DNA from: a bacterium | Lineage (GTDB): Bacteria > UBA8248 | Direction of reading: 5' to 3' | DNA: 64,000 bases | Assembly: GCA_965219955.1 (NCBI GenBank) | Contig: OZ244799.1 | Coordinates: 1,760,001-1,824,000 of the forward strand | Part shown: positions 47,972 to 58,477 of the stretch, in pieces | Layout: the number at the start of each line of letters is the position of its first letter | Numbering within the stretch: the stretch's first letter is position 1 | Program-made: the position numbers and the translations under genes | Notes under the pieces: generated by a model | Told to the model about the DNA's origin: nothing | Databases searched by the model: none | What the model saw: only the letters and a program-made list of their open reading frames with translations

Positions 47972-48964
47972 ATGAAGAAATTCGCATTCCTGGCAACAGT
48001 GGCGGCAGCCGTGGCGTTTACCTTCGCCGCGGCCGATGCGGCCGAACGCTATCGCTTCGGCGGAGGCCCCTCCGGCGGCGCGTGGCACCCCTCCATCAGC
48101 GCGGGAACCCAGCTTCTGAACCGAAAGGTCGGACGGAAGTTCTACTTCCAGTATTCCCCCTCGGCCGGTTCGGTGGCCAACGTCCGCCGCGTGAGCCTGG
48201 GCGAGTTCGCCACCTCGTGGGGACACGTCGGCCAGGTGTATCAGTCCTGGACGGGCACCGGCCTGTTCAAGAAAGACGGCGCCAACAAGGACTTCCGCAT
48301 CGTCGCCAACGTCCGCGCGCAGTCGCAGATCATCGCCGTGCTGGCGGACAGCCCCATCAAGTCCTACAAGGACATGGTCGGCAAGCGCGTGAACCTGCTC
48401 AAGCAGGGAACCGGCAGCCACGTGAACTGCAAGAACATCTTCGCCGCCGTCGGCATCCTCGACAAGATCCAGCCGCGCTACCTGGGCTTCTCCGCCTCGG
48501 GCCGCGCCCTGGGCGACCGCCAGATCGACGTGTACTGCTCGGCCGGCGCGCCGTTCACCATCCCGGCCCTCACCCGGCTCTCCATCCAGAAGCCGGTGCG
48601 CTACATCAGCCTGAGCGAGGCCGAGCAGAAGAGTGTGACCGGCGCTCACAAGTTCTACGTGCCGATCACCATTCCCGTCCAGAAAGAAGTCCGCGGAATG
48701 AAAGAGCCGGCGCGCTCCATCGCCTACGACGTCTGGTGGATCGCCCACAAGCAGATGTCCAACGACGCCGTATACAACATGCTCAAGGTCATCGCCTCGC
48801 CCGAGAACCTCAAGCAGCTGACCAAGACGGCGCGCTACTGGCGTGACCTGAGCGGCAACTTCAACGCCCTCAAGGTGCACAAGATCTGGGTGCACCCCGC
48901 CGCCGCGCGTTACTGGAAAGAACGCGGCGTGAAGGTGCCCGACGAGGTCGTGAAAGGCTTCTGA
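47972..48964 (+). CDS. TAXI-family TRAP solute-binding protein
   Basis: Signal peptide; GG..GG.W, S.GSV.N, GKRV....GTG and HP.A.RYW.E. Confidence 0.88.
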   Translation: MKKFAFLATVAAAVAFTFAAADAAERYRFGGGPSGGAWHPSISAGTQLLNRKVGRKFYFQYSPSAGSVANVRRVSLGEFATSWGHVGQVYQSWTGTGLFKKDGANKDFRIVANVRAQSQIIAVLADSPIKSYKDMVGKRVNLLKQGTGSHVNCKNIFAAVGILDKIQPRYLGFSASGRALGDRQIDVYCSAGAPFTIPALTRLSIQKPVRYISLSEAEQKSVTGAHKFYVPITIPVQKEVRGMKEPARSIAYDVWWIAHKQMSNDAVYNMLKVIASPENLKQLTKTARYWRDLSGNFNALKVHKIWVHPAAARYWKERGVKVPDEVVKGF

Positions 48965-49105
48965 TTCTCGCAACGATAACCCGGCGAGAAATCGCGCCCG
49001 GGGAGGAGGAGAAACCGGGAAAACCTCCTTCTCCCCGGGATTCTTTCGCTTCACGGCTTTTCTCGCCATTCAAGGCCCGCTCGCCCGGGCCGAGGTAAGG
49101 ACGCC

Positions 49106-51574
49106 ATGTACCGAAATCTCCTGCCCTTTTTGATGAAGATCGGCCTCATATCGGACGAGATGGTCGTCCCGCGCGACCTGCGGGGCTATTCGCGCGTCAT
49201 CGTCTCGATTATTTCCGTCGCGTTTTCCTACTTCTTCGTTCATATCTCATACTTCGGCCCCCCGCGTTCGGAGATATTCAAGGGCGTCTACATTCTCGCG
49301 ACCGCCACGCTGTGCGTCCTCGTCTACAAGGGCAGGCAAAGGCCCGTCCGCGAGGGCTTCGCCTATCTCGATGAAATCTTCTCGTTCCTCGCCATCGTCG
49401 TCATGTGCGCGTCCCTGGCCCTGTGGGCGTACTGGGGCGCATTCTTCGGCGACGTGCTCTGGAGCGAATTCATGGTCGGGGGAGCCTACCTGGTCGCCCT
49501 GGCAGGCGGACTGTTCGGCGCGTTCCTCTACCGGTTCGAAGCCACCGCAGAGCGCGTATCGGAATTCCCGACGCTCTCGGACTGGCTGTTCATCATATCG
49601 GCCGTCTCCCCCATCATCTGGTGGAACATCTACAACATCGAGCTCACCACGCGCATCGGCGGTCCCGTGCCCACCTCGGTGGTGATATACACGCTGCTCC
49701 TGACGGTGGTGAGCTTCGACATCGCCAGGCGCGTCATCGGCCCCGTCATCCCGTTCATCGGCTTCCTGTTCCTGATCTACAGCTTCAAGCCCATCGCGCA
49801 GATATCGCCGGGACTTCTCTATCACGAGGGCTTCGGGCTCGACCGCGTGACCGAGTTCCTCATGCTCGAGGCCGACGGCCTCACCGGCCTCATCGTCGAG
49901 GTCTTCGCCACCTACATCGTCATCTTCGTCGTCCTGGGCGCCTTTCTGGAAAAGACGGGCCTGGGCGAATTCCTCATCGACGCCACCTACCGGGTGACGG
50001 GCCAGAAGACGGGCGGCCCCGGCCTCACGGCCGTCATGTCGAGCGGGCTGTTCGGCATGATCTCGGGCAGCGGCGTGGCCAACGTGGTGACGACGGGCAC
50101 GTTCACCATCCCCCTCATGAAGCGGGTAGGCTACCGCTCGGAGTTCGCCGGCGCGGTGGAGGCCGCCGCATCCACGGGAGGGGCCTACATGCCGCCCATC
50201 ATGGCGGGCGGGGCCTTTCTCGTCGCGCAGCTCACCGAAACCTCCTATTTCGACATCGTCAAGATAGCGACGCTCCCGGCCATTCTCTATTATCTCTCGG
50301 TGGGCTACATGGTCTTCATCCGCGCCGTGCGGCGCGGGCTCCACGGCGTCGACCCCTCGGAGTTGCCCCCCTGGAGCAGAATCATCCCGCGCCTCCACTT
50401 CCTGCTGCCCATCCCCGTGATGGTGTACTACCTCGTCATCGGCGATTCCGCGTTCCTGGCGGCCTTCAAGACCATCTGCCTCATCGTGATGCTCAAAACC
50501 TGCGAGCTGCTCTCGAACATCAAGGTGCCCACCGCCGATCAGACGGCCCGCCCGTTCCTGTTCGTCTCGATCGCCTTCGGCGTCTTCTCCTATTTCTTCG
50601 GCCTCACGGTCGGCGCGCCGTTCGCCTGGTTCGCGGACACGCTTCGCGGGATGAACTGGGGAGACGCCCTGTTCTGGACGGTGACGGCGTTCATCGTCCT
50701 GAAGCTCGCCGAGATCATCTCGACCGGCTTGAGGGCGGAGACCGGGGAGCCCGAATACGATACGGGGCCGATCCTCTTCAGGCGGCTGTGGGAACTCGTG
50801 GTGGATATCGTCAGGATCACCTGGATTTCCCTCGAAGCGGGCGCGCGGAACACGCTCGTCATCGGCTGCATCGCGTGCGTGCTGGGCATCCTGCTCTCCT
50901 GCGCCACGCAAAGCGACCTCTCGGGCCGCATCTCCATACTTCTGACCGAGTTCAGCTTCGGCCTGCTGCCGCTCACCATCCTCTGGGTGATCATCGCGGG
51001 CTACATCGTCGGCATGGGCCTGCCCATCACGGCGAGCTACGTCGTGCTGGTCATCTTCGGCGTCATCGCGCTCACCAACCTGGGCGTGCCGACCCTCCAC
51101 GCGCACCTCATCTGCTTCTGGGTGGCCGTCGTGAGCGCCGTGACCCCGCCGGTCGCACTGGCGGCCTACGCGGCGAGCGCCATCGCGGTGTCGGACCCGG
51201 TCAAGACAGGCTTCCAGGCGCTGAAGCTCGCCTCGTGGCTCTTCATCATGCCGTTCCTGTTCGTCTACACCCCGCTTCTCCTGGACGGCACGACGACCGA
51301 GGTGACAATCACCTTCATTGCCTGCCTCATCGGCATCGTCGGCTGGACCGGGTGGATGGAGAACTTCATGACGCGGTACGCGAACGGCCTCGAGCGCGCG
51401 TTGATGTTCATCGGCTCGGTGTGCCTGCTCCTGCCCGTGGGGAATTTCGTGGTATTCATCACCCCGCTGGAGGGAGACTTGCGGTACGTCTCCTACGGCG
51501 TCGGCGTCATCTCCCTGGCAGCCGTGTTCGTCATGCAGCGCACGCGCGGCGGGGTGGACCCCGAACCCGCGTAA
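49106..51574 (+). CDS. TRAP transporter fused 4TM/12TM permease
   Basis: SGS.VANVVTTG.FTIPLMK, EAAASTGG..MPPIM, GMGLP and TPPVALAAYAA. Confidence 0.92.
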   Translation: MYRNLLPFLMKIGLISDEMVVPRDLRGYSRVIVSIISVAFSYFFVHISYFGPPRSEIFKGVYILATATLCVLVYKGRQRPVREGFAYLDEIFSFLAIVVMCASLALWAYWGAFFGDVLWSEFMVGGAYLVALAGGLFGAFLYRFEATAERVSEFPTLSDWLFIISAVSPIIWWNIYNIELTTRIGGPVPTSVVIYTLLLTVVSFDIARRVIGPVIPFIGFLFLIYSFKPIAQISPGLLYHEGFGLDRVTEFLMLEADGLTGLIVEVFATYIVIFVVLGAFLEKTGLGEFLIDATYRVTGQKTGGPGLTAVMSSGLFGMISGSGVANVVTTGTFTIPLMKRVGYRSEFAGAVEAAASTGGAYMPPIMAGGAFLVAQLTETSYFDIVKIATLPAILYYLSVGYMVFIRAVRRGLHGVDPSELPPWSRIIPRLHFLLPIPVMVYYLVIGDSAFLAAFKTICLIVMLKTCELLSNIKVPTADQTARPFLFVSIAFGVFSYFFGLTVGAPFAWFADTLRGMNWGDALFWTVTAFIVLKLAEIISTGLRAETGEPEYDTGPILFRRLWELVVDIVRITWISLEAGARNTLVIGCIACVLGILLSCATQSDLSGRISILLTEFSFGLLPLTILWVIIAGYIVGMGLPITASYVVLVIFGVIALTNLGVPTLHAHLICFWVAVVSAVTPPVALAAYAASAIAVSDPVKTGFQALKLASWLFIMPFLFVYTPLLLDGTTTEVTITFIACLIGIVGWTGWMENFMTRYANGLERALMFIGSVCLLLPVGNFVVFITPLEGDLRYVSYGVGVISLAAVFVMQRTRGGVDPEPA

Positions 51575-51602
51575 TTCAAAAGAATCCCGAGAAGGAGGCA
51601 CC

Positions 51603-52232
51603 ATGAGCAAAACCCCTCCCGCTCTCAGGCGCATCCAGCACGTGGGCCTCAAGGTCCACGATCTGGACGAGGCGGTGGCCTTCTACCGCGACGTCATGGG
51701 GCTCAGGGTCTCGGACCGCTACGAGCCGGGCGACAACCCCCACAGTCCGTGGGGCATATGCTTCATGCGCTGCGGCGAGGGCCATCACGAGGTATCCCTC
51801 ATCGCCTATCCGAAGGAAGCCGGCCTGGCGCCCAAGGAGGGCGGTATGCGAAAACCCGAAGTCGGCCTCCACCACGTGGCCTTCGAGGTCGGCTCGAAGG
51901 AAGAACTCGAAGCCTGGGCTGCGCACATCCGCTCGCATGGAATCAAGATCGCTGCGGGGCCGCTCGTCCACAGCCCCACGCACCCCGAGGGCGACGGCAC
52001 GCTGGGCGAGAACCGCGCCTTTTATTTTCACGACCCGTGCGGAAACGGCATCGAGATTTTCTGCGACCTGGCCAGAATGGACGCGGAAACCAACCGCATA
52101 AACGAGGCGTGGTTCCGCGACAGGCTCGAGCGAGACGGTTTCTCGCGAGACGACGCCGACCCGCCCCCCGCCTGGCGGCCCGGCACATCGAGCATGGCGG
52201 ACGCGAAAGAGAAATTCGGCCAGCCATCATGA
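51603..52232 (+). CDS. VOC/glyoxalase-family protein
   Basis: HVGL.V.DL......FY...MG, HH, LHHVAF and YF.DP.GN.IE. Confidence 0.85.
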   Translation: MSKTPPALRRIQHVGLKVHDLDEAVAFYRDVMGLRVSDRYEPGDNPHSPWGICFMRCGEGHHEVSLIAYPKEAGLAPKEGGMRKPEVGLHHVAFEVGSKEELEAWAAHIRSHGIKIAAGPLVHSPTHPEGDGTLGENRAFYFHDPCGNGIEIFCDLARMDAETNRINEAWFRDRLERDGFSRDDADPPPAWRPGTSSMADAKEKFGQPS

Positions 52233-52236
52233 TGAC

Positions 52237-52605
52237 GGGGTTGTTGAAATAGCCCGGATTTCACGATTCGGCAAATGTAATCAACCGGGGAGGAAGGAGA
52301 CAACACTCCCCTTGAGGGGCTGTTGAAAAAGTCCGAGAAGAGAGGAATCACTCCCCCCTTGAGGGGGAGTCGAGGAAGCCGAGCGGTTTGTGCGAAGGCT
52401 GACTCGGTGGGGGGTAAAATGCGTTTTCTTGCCATCCGAATTATCCCCCCCACCGATTCGCTTGCGGGCTTGCGCCCTTAGCTCATCGACTCCCCCTCAA
52501 GGGGGGAGTGATTGATTGGCGCTCTGCAAGGGGGGGAGTGAACTTCAAAAGCGTGCGCCAACCAAAATCGCTCCGCGTGACTTTTCAATGTCCCCCTCAG
52601 GGGGC
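52237..52605. repeat. Nested MITE cluster including an intact CACTCCCCCCTTGAGGGGGAG MITE (52349-52512)
   Basis: Matches the split copy at 20020/23507 and copies at 8613 and 11021. Confidence 0.8.
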
Positions 52606-52725
52606 GTAAAAACCCCAAGGGAGAGCCATTTCATAAACGAATGTCGATTGATAAATCCATTCTAGGCTTGAGGTTTTTTTTCAACATTCCCGTGACGCAC
52701 CGACACAATGGAGGAAACCATCAAA

Positions 52726-53682
52726 ATGACACACCGCGTCTTGAGCGTGGATGAGCGCACCAGAACGCAGCCCGCGCGCCGGGCCTTCATGGAGGAGTAC
52801 CTGCACGAGGGCTATGAATTCGTAGAGCCGGAATCCTTCGACGACGCGAGCCTGCTCGAGGCGGCCGAGAGCGCGTGCGCGCTCACCACCGGGTTCGCGC
52901 CCATCACCCGGGAGATGATGGAGGCGGGGCCAGATATCAAGGTGGTCGGCAAGGTGGGCACCGGCGTGGACAACATCGACACGCAGGCGGCCACCGAACT
53001 CGGCATCCCCGTCGCCAACGCCCCCGGCTGGATGCGCTGCATTCCCGTGGCGGAACACGCGATGGCGCTCACCCTCATCATGGCGCGCAGGCCCTGGCTT
53101 TGGCCTGTCGGGGAGCGCAAACTCCACTTCCAGCTTCAAGGGGCGACGCTCGGGATCGTGGGTCTCGGGAACATCGGGGGGGCGCTGGCGAAGCGCGCCG
53201 CCGCCTTCGAGATGAATATCTGCGCCTACACGCGCACGCGGGGGAAGTTCAAACCCCAAGGCTTCGAGGTGGAAGAGGTGGAGACGCTCCACGACCTCCT
53301 TCCGCGCGTCGATTTCCTGGCGCTCACCCTGCCCCTGACGCCCGAGAACACGGGCATGATCGGCGAAAGAGAACTCGACCTGATGAAGGAGACGGCCAGC
53401 CTCGTCAACGTCTCGCGCGGCCCCCACGTGGATACCGACGCGCTCGCGCACGCCATCCGGGAGGGGAAAATCGCGGGCGCAGGGCTGGACGTGGTCGAGC
53501 CGGACCCATTGCCCGAAGACCATCCCTTGCACAAATTCCCCAACGTCGTCATGTCGCCCCACAACGCCGCCCAGACCGAAAGCGTTCAGCGTGAGAGCTA
53601 CAGGCTTTTGTGCGATAATATCAAGCGGGCGGTGGAGGGCGAGAAGGTCACCTCGCTCGCCAATCCCGAAATCTACGAGTAA
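52726..53682 (+). CDS. D-2-hydroxyacid dehydrogenase family
   Basis: GTGVDNID, VAEH, G.VGLGNIG, LVN.SRG, AGLDV..P.P and SPH.A. Confidence 0.9.
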   Translation: MTHRVLSVDERTRTQPARRAFMEEYLHEGYEFVEPESFDDASLLEAAESACALTTGFAPITREMMEAGPDIKVVGKVGTGVDNIDTQAATELGIPVANAPGWMRCIPVAEHAMALTLIMARRPWLWPVGERKLHFQLQGATLGIVGLGNIGGALAKRAAAFEMNICAYTRTRGKFKPQGFEVEEVETLHDLLPRVDFLALTLPLTPENTGMIGERELDLMKETASLVNVSRGPHVDTDALAHAIREGKIAGAGLDVVEPDPLPEDHPLHKFPNVVMSPHNAAQTESVQRESYRLLCDNIKRAVEGEKVTSLANPEIYE

Positions 53683-53706
53683 AACGCGCCGCTAAGGAGA
53701 GTCGTC

Positions 53707-54843
53707 ATGGAAGATACACCGGTTCGGGGCCTCGAGGGCGTCATTGCGGCCGACACGCGGATATGCTCGCTCGACGGCGTGAACGGGATTCTGGGGTATT
53801 ACGGCTACGACGTGCCCGAGATGGTGCGCAAGAAGGTCTCCTTCGAGGAGATCGTCTATCTCCTGTGGCACGGTGAGTTGCCCACCCGCGAGCGCTTGAA
53901 GGAATTCGACGGGGCCATGAAGGCCGAGCGCGCTCTCTCGCCCGGATTGCTGCGGGCCTTGAGGCAGATACCCACAGGCGAGCAGAGAACGGCGGCGCTC
54001 AGAGGCGGCGTGGGGATTCTGGGGTTGTTCGACGAAGAGGCGGAAGACGACTCCGTGGACGCGAACCGCAGAAAGGCGCTCCGCCTCACCGCGAAAATGC
54101 CCACCATCGTCGCGGCGCAGCACCGCCTCGCGGCGGGCCTGAAACCCTTGAACCCCCGCCGGGGACTCGGGCACGCGGCGAATTTCCTCTACATGATCAC
54201 CGGCGAGGCGCCTGACAAGCTCGACGCCCGCGCGCTCGACGCCACCCTCGTCCTCTATGCCGAGCACGAGTTCAATGCGTCCACCTTCGCGACGCGCGTC
54301 GTCACCTCCACCATGTCGGACATCTACTCCGCCGTCACGGCGGGCATCAGCGCCCTGAAAGGCCCCCTGCACGGGGGCGCGGGCCTCGCGGTGATGGAAA
54401 CCTTGAGGGAGATCGGCGATATCGAGAACGTGGAGCCCTTCGTCGAGGCGGCGCTCGCGAGGAAACGCCTGTTCATGGGCTTCGGCCACCGGGTCTACAC
54501 GAAGAGCGGCGACCCGCGCGCGAGCGTGCTCATCGAGTTGGCCGAGGAGGTATGCCACCAGCCCGGCCGCGACGCCAGGTGGTTCGACATGGCGCGCGCG
54601 CTCGACCACGCGGTGCAGAGCCGAAAGGGCGTCATCCCGAACGTGGACTTCTACTCCGCGCCGCTGTGGCAGGGGCTTGGGATCCCCATGGAGCTGTTCG
54701 TCCCCATCATCGCGATGTCGCGGGTCGCGGGCTGGACGGCCAACATCCTGGAGCAACAGGCCGACAACCGCCTCATCCGCCCCCGGGCGCGCTACACCGG
54801 CCCCGAAAAGCGGCCTTACAGGACCATGAGAAGCCGTGGCTGA
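53707..54843 (+). CDS. Citrate / 2-methylcitrate synthase
   Basis: GLEGV, AEHE.NASTF, LKGPLHGGA, MGFGHRVY, PNVDFY and RLIRPR. Confidence 0.92.
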   Translation: MEDTPVRGLEGVIAADTRICSLDGVNGILGYYGYDVPEMVRKKVSFEEIVYLLWHGELPTRERLKEFDGAMKAERALSPGLLRALRQIPTGEQRTAALRGGVGILGLFDEEAEDDSVDANRRKALRLTAKMPTIVAAQHRLAAGLKPLNPRRGLGHAANFLYMITGEAPDKLDARALDATLVLYAEHEFNASTFATRVVTSTMSDIYSAVTAGISALKGPLHGGAGLAVMETLREIGDIENVEPFVEAALARKRLFMGFGHRVYTKSGDPRASVLIELAEEVCHQPGRDARWFDMARALDHAVQSRKGVIPNVDFYSAPLWQGLGIPMELFVPIIAMSRVAGWTANILEQQADNRLIRPRARYTGPEKRPYRTMRSRG

Positions 54844-56818
54844 TCCCGGAACGCGTAGCCTCACGCAGAAGCTCATCGACGCGCACCTCGTCTCGGGCGC
54901 TGCGAGAACGCCGGGCGAGGAGGTCGAGATACGAATCGACCAGGTGCTCTTGCAGGACGCATCCGGCCCCACCGCCCTGCTCCACTTCGAGGCCATGGGC
55001 TTAGCCCAAGTGAAGCAGAAAACGGCCGTCATGTACGGCGACCACCAGACGATTCAAGTCAACAGCCTCCACACCGACGCCCACCGCTTCATGCTCGGCT
55101 TCTGCCGCAAGCACGGCATCCATTTCTCGAAACCGGGAAACGGCATCTGCCACAACGTGCATCTCGAGGAATTCTCCGTACCGGGCGAGAGCCTCCTGGG
55201 CACGGATTCCCACACCCCCCAGGGGGGCGCGGTGGGAATGCTCGCCATCGGCGCGGGCGGCATGGACGTGGCGACCGCCATGGCGACGGGCGCGACCATC
55301 ATCCCGCGTCCGGCCATCGTCGAGGTGCGGCTCACCGGGAAGCTGGGCGCCTGGGCCACGGCGAAAGACGTGATCCTGGAGCTCCTGCGCCGCCTCGGCG
55401 CGCGCGGGGGAATCGGCAAGTATTTCGAATACACGGGCCCCGGCCTCCGGACGCTCACGGTGCCGGAGCGCTTCACGGTCGCGAGCATGGGCACCGAGCT
55501 CGGCCTCACGGGCAGCATCTTCCCGAGCGACGCGCAGACCAGGACGTTCTACGAGCGCATCGGCCGCGCGGCCGACTGGAAGCCGCAGGAAGCGGAGGCG
55601 GATGCCGAGTATGACGAGAGAATCGAACTCAATCTATCCGACGTCCAGCCCCTGGTCGCCCTGCCCTCGAACCCCGAGAACGTCGTTCCCGTCTCTGAAG
55701 CCGCCGGCACGCCGGTCCACCAGGTCATCATCGGAAGCTGCACGAACGGCACGTTCACCGACGTGGCCTCTTTCGCGCAGGTGCTGAGAGGCCGCAAGGT
55801 GGCCGACGGCGTCGACGCGATCGTCTTTCCGGGCAGCAGGCAGGCGTTCGAGGAACTCGCGAGAGAAGGGCACCTGGCCGACCTGCTCGCCGCGGGCGTC
55901 TGCGTATCGGAATCCACCTGCGGCTCCTGCCCCGGCTACGCCCACATCCCCGCGCCCGGCATGAACTCCCTGCGCGCGTTCAACCGCAACTTCAAGGGCC
56001 GCTCGGGGCTGAGCGAGGACGCCGTCTATCTCGCGAGTCCCGAACTCGCCGCCGTGGCGGCGCTCCACGGCGAGATACGAGACCCGAGGGACGAGGGCAA
56101 GGCGCCCGAGATCCTGCTCCCCTACCGCTTCGCGAGCGACAGGACGGGAATCGTCGCCCCCTCCGACGATCCGGAGGAGGTGGAAATCATCCGGGGGCCG
56201 AACATCCAGCCCGTACAGGTGGGCGAGGCTTTGGGGGATTCCTGCACGGGGGAGGTGCTCATCAAGCTGGGCGACAACGTCTCGACCGACCACATCAGCC
56301 CGGCGGGCGTCGAGGCCATCACCTACCGAACGAACATGCCCGCACTCGCCGATTTCACCTTCAGGCGCGTGGACGAGAGCTTCGCCTCGCGCGCGCGGGA
56401 GGCGGGCGGGGGAATCATCGTCGGGGCGAAGACGTACGGGCAGGGCTCCGCGCGCGAGCAGGCGGCGATTTGCCCGATGATACTCGGCGTGCGCGCCGTC
56501 ATCGCCAAGAGCTTCGCGAGAATCCACCGGGCGAACCTCATCAACTGGGGCATTCTGCCCCTCGCGTTCTCTGATGAGGACGATTACGAGAAGATAGACG
56601 CCGGCCAGAAGCTCTCCATCTCCGACATCCAGGATTCCCTCGCCACGGGGGTATTCGAAGTCAAGAACACGGATACGGGCCACACGTTCGGCGCGACGTG
56701 CCCGCTCACCGAACGCGAACGCCGGATGCTCGCCGCAGGCGGCGCGCTGGCGCTGGCGCGCATCGAAGGGGGCGGCGCAGGCGCAACGAACCCCGCCCCG
56801 GCGCAGGACGGCGCTTGA
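54836..56818 (+). CDS. Aconitate hydratase (compact single-chain type)
   Basis: QDA.G, DH, GNGICH, G.DSHT, GSCTN, C..C, NRNF.GR, TDHI.P, YGQGS.RE and KSFARIH..NL.N.G. Confidence 0.9.
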   Translation: MADPGTRSLTQKLIDAHLVSGAARTPGEEVEIRIDQVLLQDASGPTALLHFEAMGLAQVKQKTAVMYGDHQTIQVNSLHTDAHRFMLGFCRKHGIHFSKPGNGICHNVHLEEFSVPGESLLGTDSHTPQGGAVGMLAIGAGGMDVATAMATGATIIPRPAIVEVRLTGKLGAWATAKDVILELLRRLGARGGIGKYFEYTGPGLRTLTVPERFTVASMGTELGLTGSIFPSDAQTRTFYERIGRAADWKPQEAEADAEYDERIELNLSDVQPLVALPSNPENVVPVSEAAGTPVHQVIIGSCTNGTFTDVASFAQVLRGRKVADGVDAIVFPGSRQAFEELAREGHLADLLAAGVCVSESTCGSCPGYAHIPAPGMNSLRAFNRNFKGRSGLSEDAVYLASPELAAVAALHGEIRDPRDEGKAPEILLPYRFASDRTGIVAPSDDPEEVEIIRGPNIQPVQVGEALGDSCTGEVLIKLGDNVSTDHISPAGVEAITYRTNMPALADFTFRRVDESFASRAREAGGGIIVGAKTYGQGSAREQAAICPMILGVRAVIAKSFARIHRANLINWGILPLAFSDEDDYEKIDAGQKLSISDIQDSLATGVFEVKNTDTGHTFGATCPLTERERRMLAAGGALALARIEGGGAGATNPAPAQDGA

Positions 56819-56819
56819 T

Positions 56820-57965
56820 ATGGGCCAAAGGAAATATCCGGCCGTCTTCATGCGCGGGGGCACGAGCCGCGCCATCGTCTTCCACGAGAAAGACCTGCCC
56901 GAAGATCGGGCCGAGCGCGACGCCATATTCCTGAAAGCCCTCGGCAGCCCCGACCCGAACGGACGCCAGCTAGACGGCCTGGGGGGCGGGGTATCGTCTT
57001 TAAGCAAAATCGCGGTCGTGGCCCCTTCCGGGCGCAAGGACGCGGACGTGGATTTCACCTTCGCGCAGGTGGGCGTGACGGACGAAACCGTGGACTACGT
57101 CGGCACCTGCGGGAACATTTCGAGCGCGGTCGGGCCGTTCGCCGTGGACGAGGGTCTCGTGCGGGTGAATGAGGAAACCGCCACCGTGCGCATCTTCAAC
57201 ACGAACACGGGCAAGACCTACCACGCGCGCTTCCCGGTGGTAGAAGGCGCCGCCGGCGTGAACGGAGAGTTCGAGCTGCCCGGCGTCTCGGGCGCGGGCG
57301 CGCAAATCACGCTCGAATTCATGGACCCCGGCGGCGCGGCCACAGGCAAGCTCCTGCCATCGGGCAATGCCGTGGACACCTTCGAGATCGAGGGTGTCGG
57401 CAGCATAGAGGCGAGCATGGTGGACGCCACCAACCCGATGGTCTTCGTCCGCGCCAAAGACTTAGGACTCACCGGAGGAGAAGGCCCCGGCTTAATCGAC
57501 GCCCAAGTCGAGGTGATGGTGAACCTGGAGCAGATCCGCGCCGAGGCGGCGGTGCGCATGGGGCTCGCGCGCGACAGGCGGGAGGCTTCAGAAAGCGTGC
57601 AGGCGGTGCCGAAGGTGGTGCTCGTCGCTCCGCCGCTGGAATATATCGACCTCAAAGGCGAGATTATCGCGGCGGAGGATTGCGACATCGCGGCCCGCAT
57701 CATCTCGATGGGCAAGACCCACCGAGCCTTCGCCCTCACCGGGGCGATGTGCCTCGCCGTCGCCGCGCGGATACCGGGCACCGTGGTTCACGAGGCCGCC
57801 CGGGGCGGTGCGGGCGACATCCGCCTGGGACACCCCTCGGGTGTGCAGACCATAAACGCCGTAGTCGCAGAGACGCCCGGAGGCCCCGTGGCCGAAAAGG
57901 TGATCGTCTACCGCACGGCGAGAAGGCTCATGGAAGGAATGGTCTGCGTGCCAGCGAATCCCTGA
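56820..57965 (+). CDS. prpF: PrpF-family (methyl)aconitate isomerase
   Basis: MRGGTSR, GSPDP..RQ.DG.GGG.SS.SK, CGN.SSAVG, SMG..H.A...TG and RTARRLM.G. Confidence 0.9.
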   Translation: MGQRKYPAVFMRGGTSRAIVFHEKDLPEDRAERDAIFLKALGSPDPNGRQLDGLGGGVSSLSKIAVVAPSGRKDADVDFTFAQVGVTDETVDYVGTCGNISSAVGPFAVDEGLVRVNEETATVRIFNTNTGKTYHARFPVVEGAAGVNGEFELPGVSGAGAQITLEFMDPGGAATGKLLPSGNAVDTFEIEGVGSIEASMVDATNPMVFVRAKDLGLTGGEGPGLIDAQVEVMVNLEQIRAEAAVRMGLARDRREASESVQAVPKVVLVAPPLEYIDLKGEIIAAEDCDIAARIISMGKTHRAFALTGAMCLAVAARIPGTVVHEAARGGAGDIRLGHPSGVQTINAVVAETPGGPVAEKVIVYRTARRLMEGMVCVPANP

Positions 57966-58097
57966 AGCGCGCGCAGTTTGTACCTCCCATAGAAAAACCC
58001 TGTTTTCACGGCGATTCAATGCGCTTTCACCCGCGGGGGCGATAAACGAGGGTTTGACCCGACCGATCAGGGAAGGTGCGCCGAACCCGCTTTTGCT

Positions 58098-58410
58098 CGT
58101 CATTCCGGCGAAAGCCGGAATCCATTCGCGGGCGCGGGTGAATACGCGGCGGCGTTTCATTCCCCGCCGATGCGCGCGAACCTGGACGAAAGGCAAAAGG
58201 CGTAAAAATGGATTCCGGCTTTCGCCGGAATGACGGTGAACGTTCGCGATTGGGCGATCGGCGTTCGCCCTCATCCCGAGCAGGCCCTCCGAATCCTCAT
58301 CCTGAGTAGGCGCGCAAGCGTCGTATCGAAGGATGGGGGGGTGCATCTCTCCGGCGAGCGCAGACTTCGCCCTTCGATACGCCGCTTTCGCGGCTACTCA
58401 GGGTGAGGGA
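58098..58410. repeat. CGTCATTCCGGCGAAAGCCGGAATCCA REPIN and CTCATCCTGAG..CGAAGG repeats
   Basis: Inverted pair 58098-58235; same units at 16808/17022 and 61333/61473. Confidence 0.85.
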
Positions 58411-58477
58411 AAAATGTCGGGTGTCGGGAAGGCATCGGGCAGGCGCGAAGGGGAGAGTATGTTCCCGTTTCCTCCCC

